Position numbers and translations under genes: made by a program
The notes under the pieces: generated by a model
The model's database searches: none
What the model was told of the DNA's origin: nothing
The model's input: only the letters and a program-made list of their open reading frames with translations
In this document: positions 13,493 through 26,443 of the stretch, in pieces
Numbering within the stretch: position 1 is the first letter of the stretch
Layout of the letters: each line of letters starts with the position of its first letter
Source: Epiperipatus broadwayi
Lineage: Eukaryota > Animalia > Onychophora
Reading direction: 5' to 3'
DNA length: 64,000 nt
NCBI GenBank assembly: GCA_028023455.1
Contig: JAQFVV010000010.1
Span: 15,748,001 to 15,812,000 of the forward strand

Positions 13493-14548
13493 TCATAAAG
13501 TTTTTGGAATTTTTTCACTAAATTTTCATTTTGATAAATCTTTAAATATCAAATTTTTCAATTTTTGATAATTTGCAATATACTCGCCACTTATTATTTG
13601 TTGGAATTCCATGGTCACGACTCCTATGTATAATGATGGCAGGTAAATCAATTCCATCAATATTATGATTTGTTAAAAAATTCACAAAGTGTGAATCACT
13701 TGATTGAGTTTTTATGTTAGCCATTCCCAAAATATATGCATCCACAGCAGAATAATTCAAATTTATTGGTTTAGAAAATGCGTTTTTAAAAGATCCTATA
13801 ACATTATAATCTTTGTCAACTAAATTGAATGTGTTTTGAATAAGACTGTAGCCAAACTGAAAATCTGTAGTTGAGAAAACATTTGACATGGTTGCATCTA
13901 TTTCAGGATGTGTTTAAGTCATGCTTAGCTACAATTTTTCTTATAAAACAAGGCAAAATTCTCCATACAGTAGTGCCATCCTGTGCCAACCAGAGTAATC
14001 AATGGATGCCAGAAGGCTAGTGCATAAAATCCCTATCTAATGCCTATTCATCCAATATCTCCAGACTAGTTTCTGGCTTGTGGCATTCATCAGTGAGGTG
14101 CTTTGGATCTGAGAGCACTGCACCTAGATCATTGACGAAGGCCACAAGCCAGAAACTAGTCTGGAGATATTGGATGAATAGGCATTAGATAGGGATTTTA
14201 TGCACTAGCCTTCTGGCATCCATTGATTACTCTGGTTGGCACAGGGTGGCACTACTGTATGGAGAGTTTTGCCTTGTTTTATAACAATTAGGTGCTAGTA
14301 TAAGAGATCGTGATCATGTGATGCTTAGTGGTTCAATACATTTTTTCTTTCTAAAAGAACAGGCAAGTATTCATTATAAGTAATGTGCTATATTTCAGCA
14401 TTAACAATATATTTTATTTCCTGAAACAAAGTTTCAACATTCAATTTAGAGTTAAGTCTTTTCAGTTGTGTTGCTATTATGTTATGTTCTTTCACCCATA
14501 AAGTATGCATAACTATCAAGCCAACATGATCATTTGCCCGAACGTCAC
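13493..14548 (-). pseudogene. Animal haem peroxidase (peroxidasin/chorion-peroxidase-like) exon, pseudogenised and interrupted by a family A insertion
   Basis: Translates GDVRAND..GL..MHTLWVKEHN..ETLFQE..IVNAEI*HITYNEYLPVLL, then NVFSTTDFQFGYSLI and DLPAIIIHRSRDHGIP. In-frame TAG at 14388-14390 and frameshifts near 13915 and 13542. Acceptor AG 14550-14549, donor GT 13492-13491. Confidence 0.9.
13943..14336. mobile_element. Family A two-armed hammerhead element
   Basis: Minus arm 13943-14130, plus arm 14131-14336. TSD TACAATTTTTCTT (13930-13942) / TACATTTTTTCTT (14337-14349). Hammerhead at ~14048-14110 (minus) and a core-truncated copy at 14131 (plus). Confidence 0.9.
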
Positions 14549-14755
14549 CTAAAATTAATGAAAAAAATGTATTTAGTGAAAATTAAAATTTTATTATATA
14601 TGTTGACATAGCAATATAGTAATACTTATAATTTAATGGTCAATATATAAATTACATGACCCAAAAAATAAATATTATATGTTAACAAAGCTAGCTTTCA
14701 GTTTCTTCACATTTAGGTTTTAGGAATATTTTTTGATTAAATACAGTTGATTTTT

Positions 14756-14858
14756 GTCAAGTGTTGATGGTCAAGAGGTCAGCACAGCTGTCTTACAAGC
14801 AGTTGTCCCAGGTTAGTGGGTTTGCTTCCTGGCCGATGCTATGACACATGAAGAAAAA
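14756..14858 (+). mobile_element. tRNA-Gly(UCC)-derived SINE
   Basis: Same family. Flanks AAATACAGTTGATTT / AAATACAGATGATTT form an imperfect TSD. Confidence 0.8.
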
Positions 14859-15705
14859 AAATACAGATGATTTCATTTACTTTAAAAAATTAGCTCTAGT
14901 AATATATAAAATAATTATTGTTTTGGATCACATTAAATGCAATTACATAAATTATATTTAAAAATACTATATATGTTGCAACAAAAACAAAAAAATAAGC
15001 AATAGTAGACAATCACAACATTTTTTAATTTTGTTAAATACATTATACAGGCTTAACACCTGCATTTACATATGTAATATATGCGGGAATCGAACTCAGA
15101 CTTTCACATGACCCACAACTCTCAGTGCCATCTTATATTGCTGAAAAATAATAAATTTTAAGAATATAAGTAATTCAAGATAAATTGAAATTAAAATTTC
15201 TTGATTTTAACCTATCTTTTTTGTAAAACAGAAAAAGATGTGATTGCTATATATTGATTATTAATCTAGCACAATAAAAATGAGGCGCGCAAGCACATTA
15301 GTTATTTTTTTATTTAATAACGTTAAACATTAATTTATACAATGAGAATTGATAGAATATTTATACACTTATATACACATGATAATTTGATACACATAAT
15401 TATAATACATTAGATTACAAGTAAAACCATTTAGTATAATATTAATTGGTACAAATAGATTCTAAGGCATACAAAATAATAATGTAGACTGTGACAACCT
15501 CTTTAATATATATATATCCTCTTTTTTTTAATCTTCATCGAGAATTCTACTGAGTAATGACTGCATGGATGAAATCCACTAAACTTCTAGACGCATGCTG
15601 ATGTCAAAAGAAGACACAGGCTAATTAGCTAACAGATATTTATAGTACACACACTGTCCTTACAGAAAACTTCTACCCTTCCATTATTAGTTAGTTTATA
15701 AGGTA

Positions 15706-16129
15706 GTCCTATCCAATATGCTCGATGGCCACCAGGCGACGCTGCAGCATCATCAACAACCGGTCGGAAACCTGCAAGTGATAAACTTATATCCAAAAGT
15801 GGCTGAAAATTAACAAGTCAAAATGCCTGAGGCTATATATCCAAGAAATGCAGTGAAAGTAAACATTAAAAAAAAAAAATAGAAAATGCTTAATATTAAA
15901 AAAAAGACACCCCCCCCCCTAAAATCAAGAATTGTTCACGTAAAGTGACAAATAAAAATGGTAATCCTACCAGACGTGCTCAATGGCCACCAGGCGTTGG
16001 ATAGAACTACCAATTTTTGACTTGTTAGTTTTCAGCCACTTTTGGATATAAGTTTATCACTCGCAGTTTTCAGACCGGTTGATGGTACCGCAGCGTCGCC
16101 TGGTATCCATCGAGCACGTCAGGTAGGAC
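15706..16129. mobile_element. MITE-like element with ~120-bp terminal inverted repeats, superfamily unassigned
   Basis: 15706-15825 is the reverse complement of ~16015-16129 (for example GTGATAAACTTATATCCAAAAGTGGCTGAAAA). An internal copy of the terminus lies at ~15967. Confidence 0.65.
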
Positions 16130-16599
16130 CTCCGAAAGTAAATGAAAAAAATACAGCATATGTTTTGAGAATTATCTATTTATATTGACTGGACTAAGAT
16201 TTCCATTTGTTGTTTTGTTTACAAGGTAAAGAAAAAATATTATACGTACATAAATGACCAACTATGATTCAAAATAAATGTCAAGGCTGATATCTATGAC
16301 TTCAAAAGATTTAAGAATAGTTTTGTTTGGATTACTTTTTAAGCAGGGAAGGTTTGATATGTTAGTATATTAATGTATACATTATTTCCGTGATTGTTTT
16401 CGATTCATTGCTTGAGATTGAGCTTTTACTAAGTGAATGATAAAGATTTTTGGACTGAATTAGAGCTTGCTGTTATTGATGAGAGTCTGTTAAATGAGGA
16501 CTATAGGATATTAGGTTATAAATGTTTTTATTAATATAGCGTGTTAGGTTAATTTCAGGATTAAGTGTTTTTACTTTATTACCATGATTTGTTTGTGGT

Positions 16600-16672
16600 T
16601 ACCCAGGTTTTGTTTAAAAGTGTAATCTGTGTAACAACTACCCAGGTTTTGTTTAAAAGTGTAATCTGTGTC
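16600..16672. repeat. 39-bp tandem duplication
   Basis: TACCCAGGTTTTGTTTAAAAGTGTAATCTGTGT occurs twice. Confidence 0.85.
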
Positions 16673-17231
16673 ACAGCTTAAAACTAGTGGTAATGATGGT
16701 GTCAGTGTGTCTATGACATCTATGCTGGTCTTGTTTATTATAGATGAAAATTGATTAGTATTGTCATTATGAATTATTGACTATAGAAACTTAGCTGTAT
16801 TGAGTTGAAACTGTTTACGTAGTTGGCCTGATGAGATGAGATTGATTATCATTACCATGAACAGTTTTCTTATCTATGTTAAGGGGTTTGCTAAAAGTTT
16901 GATTTGTATGGTCAATGGAGAAGTCAATTGGTTAAGCATCTTCATTTGAGAGAATTTGCATGTATTCAGTGTTTTGTCAATATTGTCTTAGATTTGTTTA
17001 TGAATGCATCTAGGTGTCAGGGGTACCCACCTGAATACATTGTAAGAGTTGTTGTGCAGTTAATTCCTAAATGACTATGCTGGTGATGAGAAACATTGTT
17101 TTTAATCATTTTATGGATAGGCAAAGCATTGCCACTTTGTATGTAATCTCAGAAGGTATAATGATAAAATCAATGTTTTATTGAGCTTGACTTTAAACTC
17201 ATAGTTATTTCTGTATATTGGAACAATTGTG

Positions 17232-17975
17232 TCCTCTAGGTAAACTGATTGCAATGAGACTTTTCTTAGAGGCTTCATTATCTTTTGAAAATCCTGTGTG
17301 GAGTAGACTAGGTATGTATTTTGCAATATGACTGTGATGTATTTCTGTTTGCTTTCATCTATAGCAATTAGAGTAAAATAGTCACCTTTTGATCTTCATT
17401 TTGAATCTATTTCTTTGTTTTTGATCATGGAATTCTATGATCAGATACCTTTGATTGGGATGATCAGTTAAGAATTGAACACTGTCTCATAGATTTTGCA
17501 ATGTGAGTGCTTCATATAGTTAAGCTCTTAGAAATTTATACAAAGAACAAAACTATTGAACGATTTGTGAAAAATTACTGGAATGGAACTACTCAGAAAT
17601 GCTATCATCCTCTAGGTAAACTGATTGCAATGAGACTTTTTTTAGAGGCTTCATTATCTTTTGAAAATCCTGTGTGGAGTAGACTAGGTATGTATTTTGC
17701 AATATGACTGTGATGTATCTCTGTTTGCTATAGAGAGTAAAATAGTAAGTTTTGATCTTCATTTTGAATCTATTTCTTTGTTTTTGATCTTGGAATTCTA
17801 TGATCAGATGTCTTTGATTGGGATGATCAGTTAAGAATTGAACACTGTCTCATAGATTTTGCAAAATGAGTGCTTCATATAGTTACGCTCTTAGGAATTT
17901 ATACAAAGAACAATGAATAAAACTATTGAATGATTTGTAAAAAAATACTGCAATGGAAATACTCTGAAATGCTAT
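17232..17975. repeat. ~376-bp tandem duplication within the decayed LINE
   Basis: TCCTCTAGGTAAACTGATTGCAATGAGAC starts at 17232 and at 17608, and the two units are near-identical. Confidence 0.9.
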
Positions 17976-18437
17976 CTAACATATTGGCAGTCCATATTAC
18001 AGAAGCAGGTGTTTGTCTTTCTTCACTATTTTTATTTTTTAATCTAAATTTTTAATATTACTGGTTGTAGATTTTCTAAATCTTTGGTAAGAGGAACTAA
18101 AATTCATGTTTGTGATTAGAGTTGAGGTACCAAGGCTTTTTTTGCAATATCAGTAATTGTATTTTATTAATCAAAGTACCATTACTTTTTAGGCTTGTTT
18201 TTCAATACTGAAGGCATCACAACCATTTATGTTATCAGTTGCTGATGCTGTGAACTATGTGTATTAGTTATTTTTTTCTTTGACAGACGCACCCATGGAT
18301 ATTTGCAAACTTTTACTATATAACTAATTTTGTTCTTGTTTTTTAAAAGTAATTTAAAATACCTTTCATGATAGAGTTGCAAGAAATTTAAAGGATTAAA
18401 TTTAGAGAATTTCGAATTACCATGCAAACTACATTAG

Positions 18438-18593
18438 GGCTTCTTCTTCTTCCTCTTCTTCTTCTTCCTCTCCTTCTTCTTCCTCTCCTTCTTCTTCCTC
18501 TCCTTCTTCTTCTTCCTCTCCTTCTCCTTCTTCCTCTCCTCTCCTTCTTCCTCTTCTTCCTCTTCTTCTTCTCCTTTTTCTTCTTCTCCTTTT

Positions 18594-18637
<44 letters not shown>

Positions 18638-18790
18638 TTCTTCCTCTCCTTCTTCTTCTTCTCCTCCTCCTCCTCCTTCTTCTTCCTCTCCTTCTTCTCC
18701 TCCTCCTCCTTTTCCTTCTTCTCCTTTTCCTCCTTCTCCTCTTCCTTCTCCTACTACTGCTACTACTACTGTCATTATTATTATTATGAA
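18438..18790. repeat. Compound (CTT/CCT)n homopyrimidine microsatellite ending in (CTA)n/(TTA)n
   Basis: About 310 nt of almost pure C/T on the plus strand. Confidence 0.95.
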
Positions 18791-21315
18791 TTGATATTGA
18801 ATTGAATTATTATTATTTCAACAATATAATTATTGACCAAAAGGTGTGTTACATAGTTTTTACAAATGTTTTACAATTGCGTTTCAAGAATAATGATTGT
18901 TTGTTATTATATAAATTTGACTAACAATGCTGACTACTGTAAAATTATATGAACATTGTTCATGATTTTTGTTAATGATACTTTTTTGTACAACATTGTA
19001 TTGGATTTATACAATAGAAAATGTTCATAACTTTTGAATAAAAGTTCATTTGCCTTGAGTTTGACTTAATCCAGTTAGGTAACCTGTTGTGGTATTGAAT
19101 TAATGTAATAAATATCTGGGGCATAGTTTTTCATATAGCTAGTTGTATTATGAAGCAGATGAAATGTCCAAAAAGATGATTTGTACTGACTGCTCTCATT
19201 AAACTGCTTTCTAATGAGTTGGCTGCAAAAAATGTTTGGAAGAGATATATTGTTATCCTATGCTTTTAGTTGACATAATTCTTTGATAAATGTGGATGGA
19301 TTCCTTCTGAGAGTGTTGTCTAATGAGGTGGAATTGTTACACCAGAATACAAATAGGGTAAATGTGCCTGCACATGATGCAGTAATGTGTAATCTTCAAA
19401 ATTAACAAGTTTCTTGTATGCAATAGACATAATTTGCCATGTGAAGTTTAGTGCTTGGCAATCATTGAGATGGTGTTGTTGAATCTCATTGGCTTTGTGA
19501 CTTAGCCCACAGAATGGGTCAATATTTTTGTAGAGATTAGAGTGCTGCAAAAAAAACTGTCGGAAAAACATACAGGTTGAGTCTAATTGTGAAATCAAAA
19601 GCTTCAATTTTAATGCCCATTTTTTGAATAGGTGAAGTAGATGACAATTATTTATTAAAAGCATGAGGAGAAGTAATCATTGCTAGAGTCTGGGTTAATC
19701 AGGTTACATGTTTACCCATAAGTTGTTAGAAGGGCAGAGGTGGTATCTGTGAATTATCACATTCAGAGAAGTGATTTATCTTTTTAGGGTTACATTCAGT
19801 TGACACTGAGGTTTTGGGATCAGTTGGTAATAACAACTATTAAATTAGTCCGAGTTAACCAGGCTATTTTTGTCAGTAAGTGTACTTGAAATAATGGTAG
19901 GCTGATGTGATTGATGGTTTCTATCTGTGAGATATGACATTGAGAGAAGAGATTTATCTTTTTAGGGATTACATTCAGTTGACACTGAGGTTTTGGAATC
20001 AGTTGATAACGGCTATTAAGTTCATGGATTTTGGTATATAGAACACCCAAATGCTGTGCAAGCTTAGACAATTGTACATGAGTTGGGACTGAGCAATTAA
20101 TTGCATCTGGAGTTGATTACAAAAATGAACATCCTTGACAATTTGATAGTAGGTGCATAGTATAAGATTATTGTCACAGCAAGAATATTGAACTGGTATA
20201 TCTCAAAATTTGTTTTAGAAAGTGGGATGGTAATTTGCAGGAACAGAATCTTGTAACCTGGTTTGTATTGAGTTTAAAACTATGAGTCTTAATGCTTCTA
20301 AACGTGATTTTTTTGTGAAGAGTTCATGCAGTTCTGTTTGGAGGGATTAAAGTGCAGTTTATAGGCTGCTATTTAGTCATTAAGAATGGTTTGTAATGTG
20401 GGGAATTGTTTCTGAGAATGTAGAAAGATGGTGATGTCATCCATGTAAGCTATGCAAGAATGTATTGCTGGGTGTGTGAAAATTTGATTCCATGTAATTT
20501 TATTTTGTATTTTTTGTAAAAGTGACTTTACATAAAGTGTAAAAAGTCATAAGCTTCACAGCAATCCTTGTGAGATTGATTGGATAGGATTATAAGTGAT
20601 GTTCAAGTCATGATTTATAAGGAAGGTGGTGAGTAGATGAGATGGTGGTATTAGTGAGCATTTGAATACATTGGTTGAGATGAAATTCAAAGCTGCTTGT
20701 ATGTTAAGCAAAATTGCAATGTATTTGTATTTTTATGTTTTTAAACTGAGGTGAGAATTGTCATAAATAGTAATGTGGCTTGGCTGATGGAGGAGCTTTT
20801 TGTCACAAACTATTGATGTGAAAATAATGGAAATGTTATGGGGCACAGTATGGTCCTTGATAACTTTTTTAAGTATTTTAATGGGTATTGGTCCCGAGAT
20901 AAGCCTAAGATTGGTTAAATCAAATGCAGCCATGAGTTTTTTTTACTGCAAGGCACTATTGCAATTGGATACAAACATTTTACACAATATATTTTCTGGG
21001 ATAAAAATAGACCAGATCTTAGATATTGACTAAGATGATGCAAGATAAATGGAGGGATTCCATAAAGTCCAGGGTAATGAGTTTTTAATAGTGGCAATTT
21101 GGCAGCTAATTGGCTGTTTATAAAAGACATATTAGTTCCCAGTGGTCCAAAACAGTCTACTAATGGAGTAAATATATTGTGTTTGAAGTTTGTTTTGAAA
21201 ATGCAGTAAATCATATTCTGTCCAGTATATATACCTATGTCAGTTTGAAGTGCCATAGAAACCTATGATGAAGAAGAGTAACCCAACACCCAGATTATGT
21301 ATACTCTTGTCCATT

Positions 21316-22292
21316 TCATCATCATCAAACATTATCAATCCAATGCAGGATGGTTTCTCCAAGTTTAATCCATCTTCTCCAATCTTTAGCTTCTCTTCTC
21401 CACATCACCCCTGGTTTCTTATTTCATCCATCCATCTCATATGTCATCTTTTTCTGGGTCTTTTACAATCTCTTGGAATCTAGTTTAAGATTTCAATTGT
21501 CCATCTATTATCATCTCTTCTAGAAATATGTCCAACCCAATTCCACTTCAATCTTTTAATTTTTTCAATGAGGTCAATAACATCTGTTTGTTTTCTTACC
21601 CATACATTGCGTTTTCAATCTCTTCTTGTTACTCCCAACATGCATCTCTCCATACTTCTTTGAGTGGTCTGGAATCTCTGTATTGCTCTTCTATTAAGTG
21701 TCCAAGTCTCAGATCCATAAGTAAGAACTGGTAAAACACATTTGTTAAAAACCTTCCTTTTCAAACACATAGGCATATTTCCTTTTACTGTCAAATTATT
21801 TCTACCAAAAGCACTCCAACCAAGTTTAATTCTATGATTAATTTTATCCATTGTTTCCATCTGTATTAATAATCTGACCAAGGTATTTGTAACTGTTAAC
21901 TTCATCTAATTGATCATAATCAATCTTTATTTTCATATTTTGAGCAAATCGATTAAACATTACTTTAGTCTTTTTAACATTTATTTTTAGTCCTACTTTC
22001 CTACTTTCATCTGATAACTCCTGCAACATTTCCTGCAGCTCGGAAGCATTATTTGCAAAAACAACTACATCGTCTGCGAAATCTAAATGACTTAAATAAT
22101 CTCCATTTACTTTCACTCCTTTAGTTTCCCATTTTAATCCACAAAATACTTCTTGCAACACTGCTGTAAAATGTTTTGGAGATATGGAGTCACCTTGTCT
22201 TACACCTTTCTCAGTGTTGACTTTCCCAGTATCATTATGTAATCTAATTGTTGTTGTTGCATTTTTATAAATATTCTTTAAAATATGACAAT
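21316..22292 (-). mobile_element. RTE LINE, 5'-truncated 3' fragment
   Basis: HLDFADDVVVF and LPVLTYGSETWTL motifs, (GAT)n 3' tail. Homologous to 52957-56236. Confidence 0.9.
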
Positions 22293-22946
22293 CATTTATG
22301 CTACTGGATTATGTAAACTTTTCTTGATTGCAAGTTCATCCGTCAACTGTTTGTAGATATTAAGGTAAGTTTAGTGGTTAGACTTAGTAGTGGCAATATG
22401 CCTATATAACTCATTAGCCAACATTAGAAGATACAGCGGTGAAAAAGGTCATCATGTTAGGTGTATATTAAATGATAGTATGTGCATGAAGGCAAGATAT
22501 TTTCAACCCTTGATCTATAGCCATTTGCTGTAGCTTGTTTAACAAGATATATGATTCCAAAAACATAATTATATAGTAAATGAGAGATTAATCACATTTA
22601 TTGTTTTATGTAATTGAATAAATGTTGCCTAAAGTTCATTAATGTTAATTGGGTCTGCTTGAGAAGGTTGATCTGAGAATAGTGATATTAACTTTAGGTT
22701 CTGAAAAGTAGAAACATAGGCCAATCTCTGTAGCATCACAGTTGTTGTGAAAAGTGATTAAAACAGGTCATAGACATCATAGGCACTCATTAATGGGCAG
22801 TTTAAGAGTTGACACTATTTATTCATAAAAGTTGGGCAATCCTGATTAAAATCACCCATTAATATAGTTGAGTTTGAACTAGTTGCAAGAAATGAATCGA
22901 TGTTTTGGATAACATATGTGATGACTGTAGGGCATAAATACAAACA

Positions 22947-23965
22947 GCTGAATTTGAAGACATATGAGTATGTGAAATATTCAGATTTTTTACATAATAA
23001 TTATCACATCAGTGCTGACTTTGAGTTAGTATTTTAAAACTAGTGTCTAAATATCATAGTGCTTCACTGAGAAAAGCTAATAGCTAGAAACCAGTGTGGA
23101 GATGAAGATAAATCTAAATAGAGATTTTAAATGCTTTCTCTTGTAGCATTTATTGATAAAATTTGTTTAGACCTATTTCATGCTCATTTTCTTATTTTGG
23201 AATACAAACTTATCAAGTTTAGTCACCTATGAATGACTTCATTTTATTTAATATTATAGTTTTGCTTTTAAGTCTTAGGTGATGTTATATTGCTAAGGCT
23301 ATTAATATATAATGTTGATGGAGAGTTTTCAGACCCATATAGCTATTTGAGCTAGATAGCTGGATTTGAAGACATATAGGTATATGAAAATTTCAAATTT
23401 TTTACTTAATAGATCAGATAAATGCTGGCATTGAGATAGTATTCTAGATCACATGTCTGAATATCCTAGCATCTTACTGAAGTCAGCCAGTAGCTTGAAA
23501 CCAATTTGAGGGTGGGGATAATTCTAGATAGAGATTTTAAATGCTTTCTCTTGCAGCATTTATTGGTAAAACTTGTTAAGAGCTATTTCTAAAACAAGCT
23601 TATCAAGTTAAGTCACATGATTTATTATTTGATTTTATTTACTATTATAGGTTTGTTTGATGTTATATTGCTAAGGCTATTAATATATGGGGTATCTAAA
23701 AAAATTTCAGACCTATATTGCTATTTGAGTTAGATGGATTTAAAGATATACATGTGTCTGAAATTTTCATAATTTTTACCTAATAATTAAGTAAACAGAT
23801 AAGTGCAGGCTTTGATTTGGTATTTTAGATCTATTATCTGAATATTCTAGTGCTTCACTGATAAGAGCCAATAGTTTGAAACCAATTTGAGCATAGTGAT
23901 AATTCTACATAAAGATTTTAGTTTTCTTGGCACATTTATCAATAAAGCTTCTTTAGAGCTATTAG
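22947..23965 (+). repeat. Family C tandem array (~380-410-bp units, about 2.7 copies), each unit with a decayed hammerhead-like motif
   Basis: Units recur with CTGA at 23067, 23477 and 23858, each followed by AGC..GCT-type stem II remnants and GAAACCA(G/A)T. Confidence 0.65.
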
Positions 23966-24094
23966 CACACGCATTATATGGTATCAACAACACTGCACAT
24001 TGTATGAGCAAAAATCATTATATATTACTATACAAATTAAAAAGCGTGTGAAGCGCTTGAACTAGAAGCTATAAAGATTCCACAAATTATTTTA

Positions 24095-24760
24095 ATACAG
24101 TAAGCGCTTTCGAGGCTATCTGCCTCATATTCATAGTGGTAATGCTAGATGCAGAACGAGGAAATAAGGAAAGGAAACAAAGTGATATGCAAAAGAACTA
24201 GATAGTCCAATGTTTGGAGATGTCAAAGCAGGTGTCACATCTATTCATAGTTATTATTTCCATTAATGAAGTATGCTTCTTTGATTTTCCGCTTGATGTT
24301 GTTTTCCTCAATGCAGACTATTTTGGGACTGGAGGGTTCAAACATGTGGCCTGTCTTCTTGAAGTGTTCTAAGAATGTTTATGAGTTATTGTTATTTTTC
24401 TTTGCTCTATCATAGGTGTATCTATGCTGTGCTGTCCTGTTGGTTATGCCCTGCTTTGGTTTCCCCAAAATAAATGGCCTGGCAACCAGGTTGTGAGCAT
24501 GATATGCTATAAATGACATGGGGGGTCTGAGAAGGTTCGATTTTGTCTTTAGAGTTATTGATTAGACGATTAGTGCAAGGGGGTGTATGAAAACTGATTT
24601 TAAATTTGTTGGACAAAACTTTAATTAATTGGTGGGAGATTTTAGGTATGTGTGGAAGAGTAATGTATGGAAGTTTAATATCGTTATTATTGTCTGAAAA
24701 TTTCTTATAAAACTGTTTTTTTTTTACTATAAAACTAGCTAAAAAGCTAGCAAAGTACAA
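24095..24760 (-). mobile_element. Penelope-like 3' fragment (GIY-YIG) with a degenerate hammerhead in the pLTR
   Basis: VIYSISCSQPGCQAIYFGETK (24422-24760). Minus strand GAGGC-AGATA-GCCTC-GAAA-GCGC-TT at ~24101-24126, with the CUGA core mutated. Confidence 0.75.
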
Positions 24761-25583
24761 TCAAAAGGTTAAAATAATAATCTAAGTCACAATACCAGAA
24801 GTATTCAAATTAAATATAATAAAATATAAAATAATACTATTAAGAATTAAGAGCTGGAGAACCTCAACTCACTCTATCATACATAAAAGAATTGTATTAT
24901 AAACATATGCCATTAAAGGTACATTTAAAGTTTCCTACTTAAAGATTAATCTTTTTTTCCAATCCTCTTACAAAAATCTTTTAAGCATCTTATTGCTTTG
25001 ATCAGATGAAATAATATTTAATTTTTAAAATATTTGAAATGATTCTTTAAAATTTATACACTCAGAATTTATTTTTTGAATATAAAATTTCAATACTGAA
25101 ATAAATTTAAAATTACAATTTGTGAAATTATATAAGATATCTCAGGGTAATATGTTTTTGTAAATCTTTTTGACTCTCTAGATTTATTCAATATTAAATG
25201 AAATCCCAGTTAAAATACATTAAACAAGACATACACTTCACTTATGGTAATGTCTTATCATAATTATAACAGTAACAATAATATTACTAATTTAATAAAG
25301 TACGATCTCTTAAATTTAGATAATAATAAAGAATAAGCTAGGAATAAGATCAGATATTAAGAATGGGTATAGGATTTGGTAGCCATTCTAAACGTCTTAG
25401 AATAAATCATTTTAACACCTAAATATTAATTAGATTCTTATACAAATTGAATTTAATCAAAATGATAAAAACTATGATCTTCTAATATGAAAATTAGATT
25501 TAATATAAACATGTGCCAGTGATTTAACATTGGAAAATTGAATAACTTAAAGTAATCGAAATTGATCAAATAAGTTTGCTTGC

Positions 25584-25672
25584 TTTTTTTTATATTCAAA
25601 GCATTGACCAGGAAGTGAACCCAGGTCAACTGTTTGGAAGGCAGGTATGCTAACTGCTAGGCCACCAATGCT
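25584..25672 (-). mobile_element. tRNA-Gly(UCC)-derived SINE or retroposed tRNA pseudogene retaining the TCC anticodon
   Basis: Minus strand GCATTGGTGG...CTGCCTTCCAAACAGTTGACCTGGGTTCACTTCCTGGTCAATGC plus A tail; anticodon at 25636-25638. Confidence 0.75.
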
Positions 25673-26352
25673 ATATCTTTCTTAAATGTTCTATTAAGGC
25701 TTAAATAATTTAATAAATAGTGACTCTTATAAATTCAAATATCACGAACTCTTATAATAAATATACTAGAATAGTTGTACATTTTCTAAGCATCTAAATT
25801 TTTAATTTATATTTTAAAAAGACTTCATGTTTGATATTTAGGACGATTTCTAAATAACAGGTGGGATGATGCTAATACTGACTATGAGAAATTATTAAAA
25901 AACAATGACATAGATATATTTGCAGCAAAATTTACAATTAGTCCAGCTTTAAGTTGACATAGATCAAAAATTTCAAAAACGTGCTTCTGCAAAATTTATC
26001 TGAATGATCAAAAATTGAAATTAACATATTGTTTTATTAAAGCACTCCATTGGATTAACAAAAATAATCCATCATGTTACCAAAATGAACTATTACATAA
26101 AAAAAATAACTTCTTGTATTATTTTATTATCAAAGTGCTCGTTTATTCATTTGTACTATAATTATAACCATCACATAGCAAAGTCTCTTATATGAATATT
26201 TTTCATGCTCAAAAATATTAATAATAATAATAATAGCTTACCAATACATCAGTGAAGGAGTTATATAGTAGATGTACATAATCTATTCAAGTCCAAAATA
26301 AATCTTCAAAATTTATAAACCAATTGTTTATTATATATATATATATATTTAA

Positions 26353-26443
26353 GTGTCGTAGCATCGGCCAGGATGCGAACCCGCAACCCGGGCAACTGCC
26401 TGCAAGTGCAAGGAAGTTGCACTGACCTCTCAACCACCAATGC
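26353..26443 (-). mobile_element. tRNA-Gly(UCC)-derived SINE
   Basis: Same family, B box GGTTCGCATCC. Confidence 0.7.

Larger units (their letters stand above)
16400..22947 (-). mobile_element. Fragmented L1/Tx1-like LINE ORF2 (APE-RT-C terminus), interrupted by an RTE copy, a microsatellite and duplications
   Basis: Minus-strand motifs IYA(P) at ~22935, LMGDFN at ~22850, NLRLIS at ~20900 and CIAYMDDITIFL at ~20445. Heavily decayed; boundaries are approximate. Confidence 0.65.

Noticed and set aside
18422-18805. 127-aa and 113-aa ORFs (poly-Leu/Phe and poly-Glu/Lys)
   Set aside because: They are translations of a trinucleotide microsatellite.
25601-25671. Functional tRNA-Gly gene
   Set aside because: The D and T arms are mutated (GTTCAC in the T loop, AGCAG in the D loop), it has an A tail, and its flanks match the SINE family.
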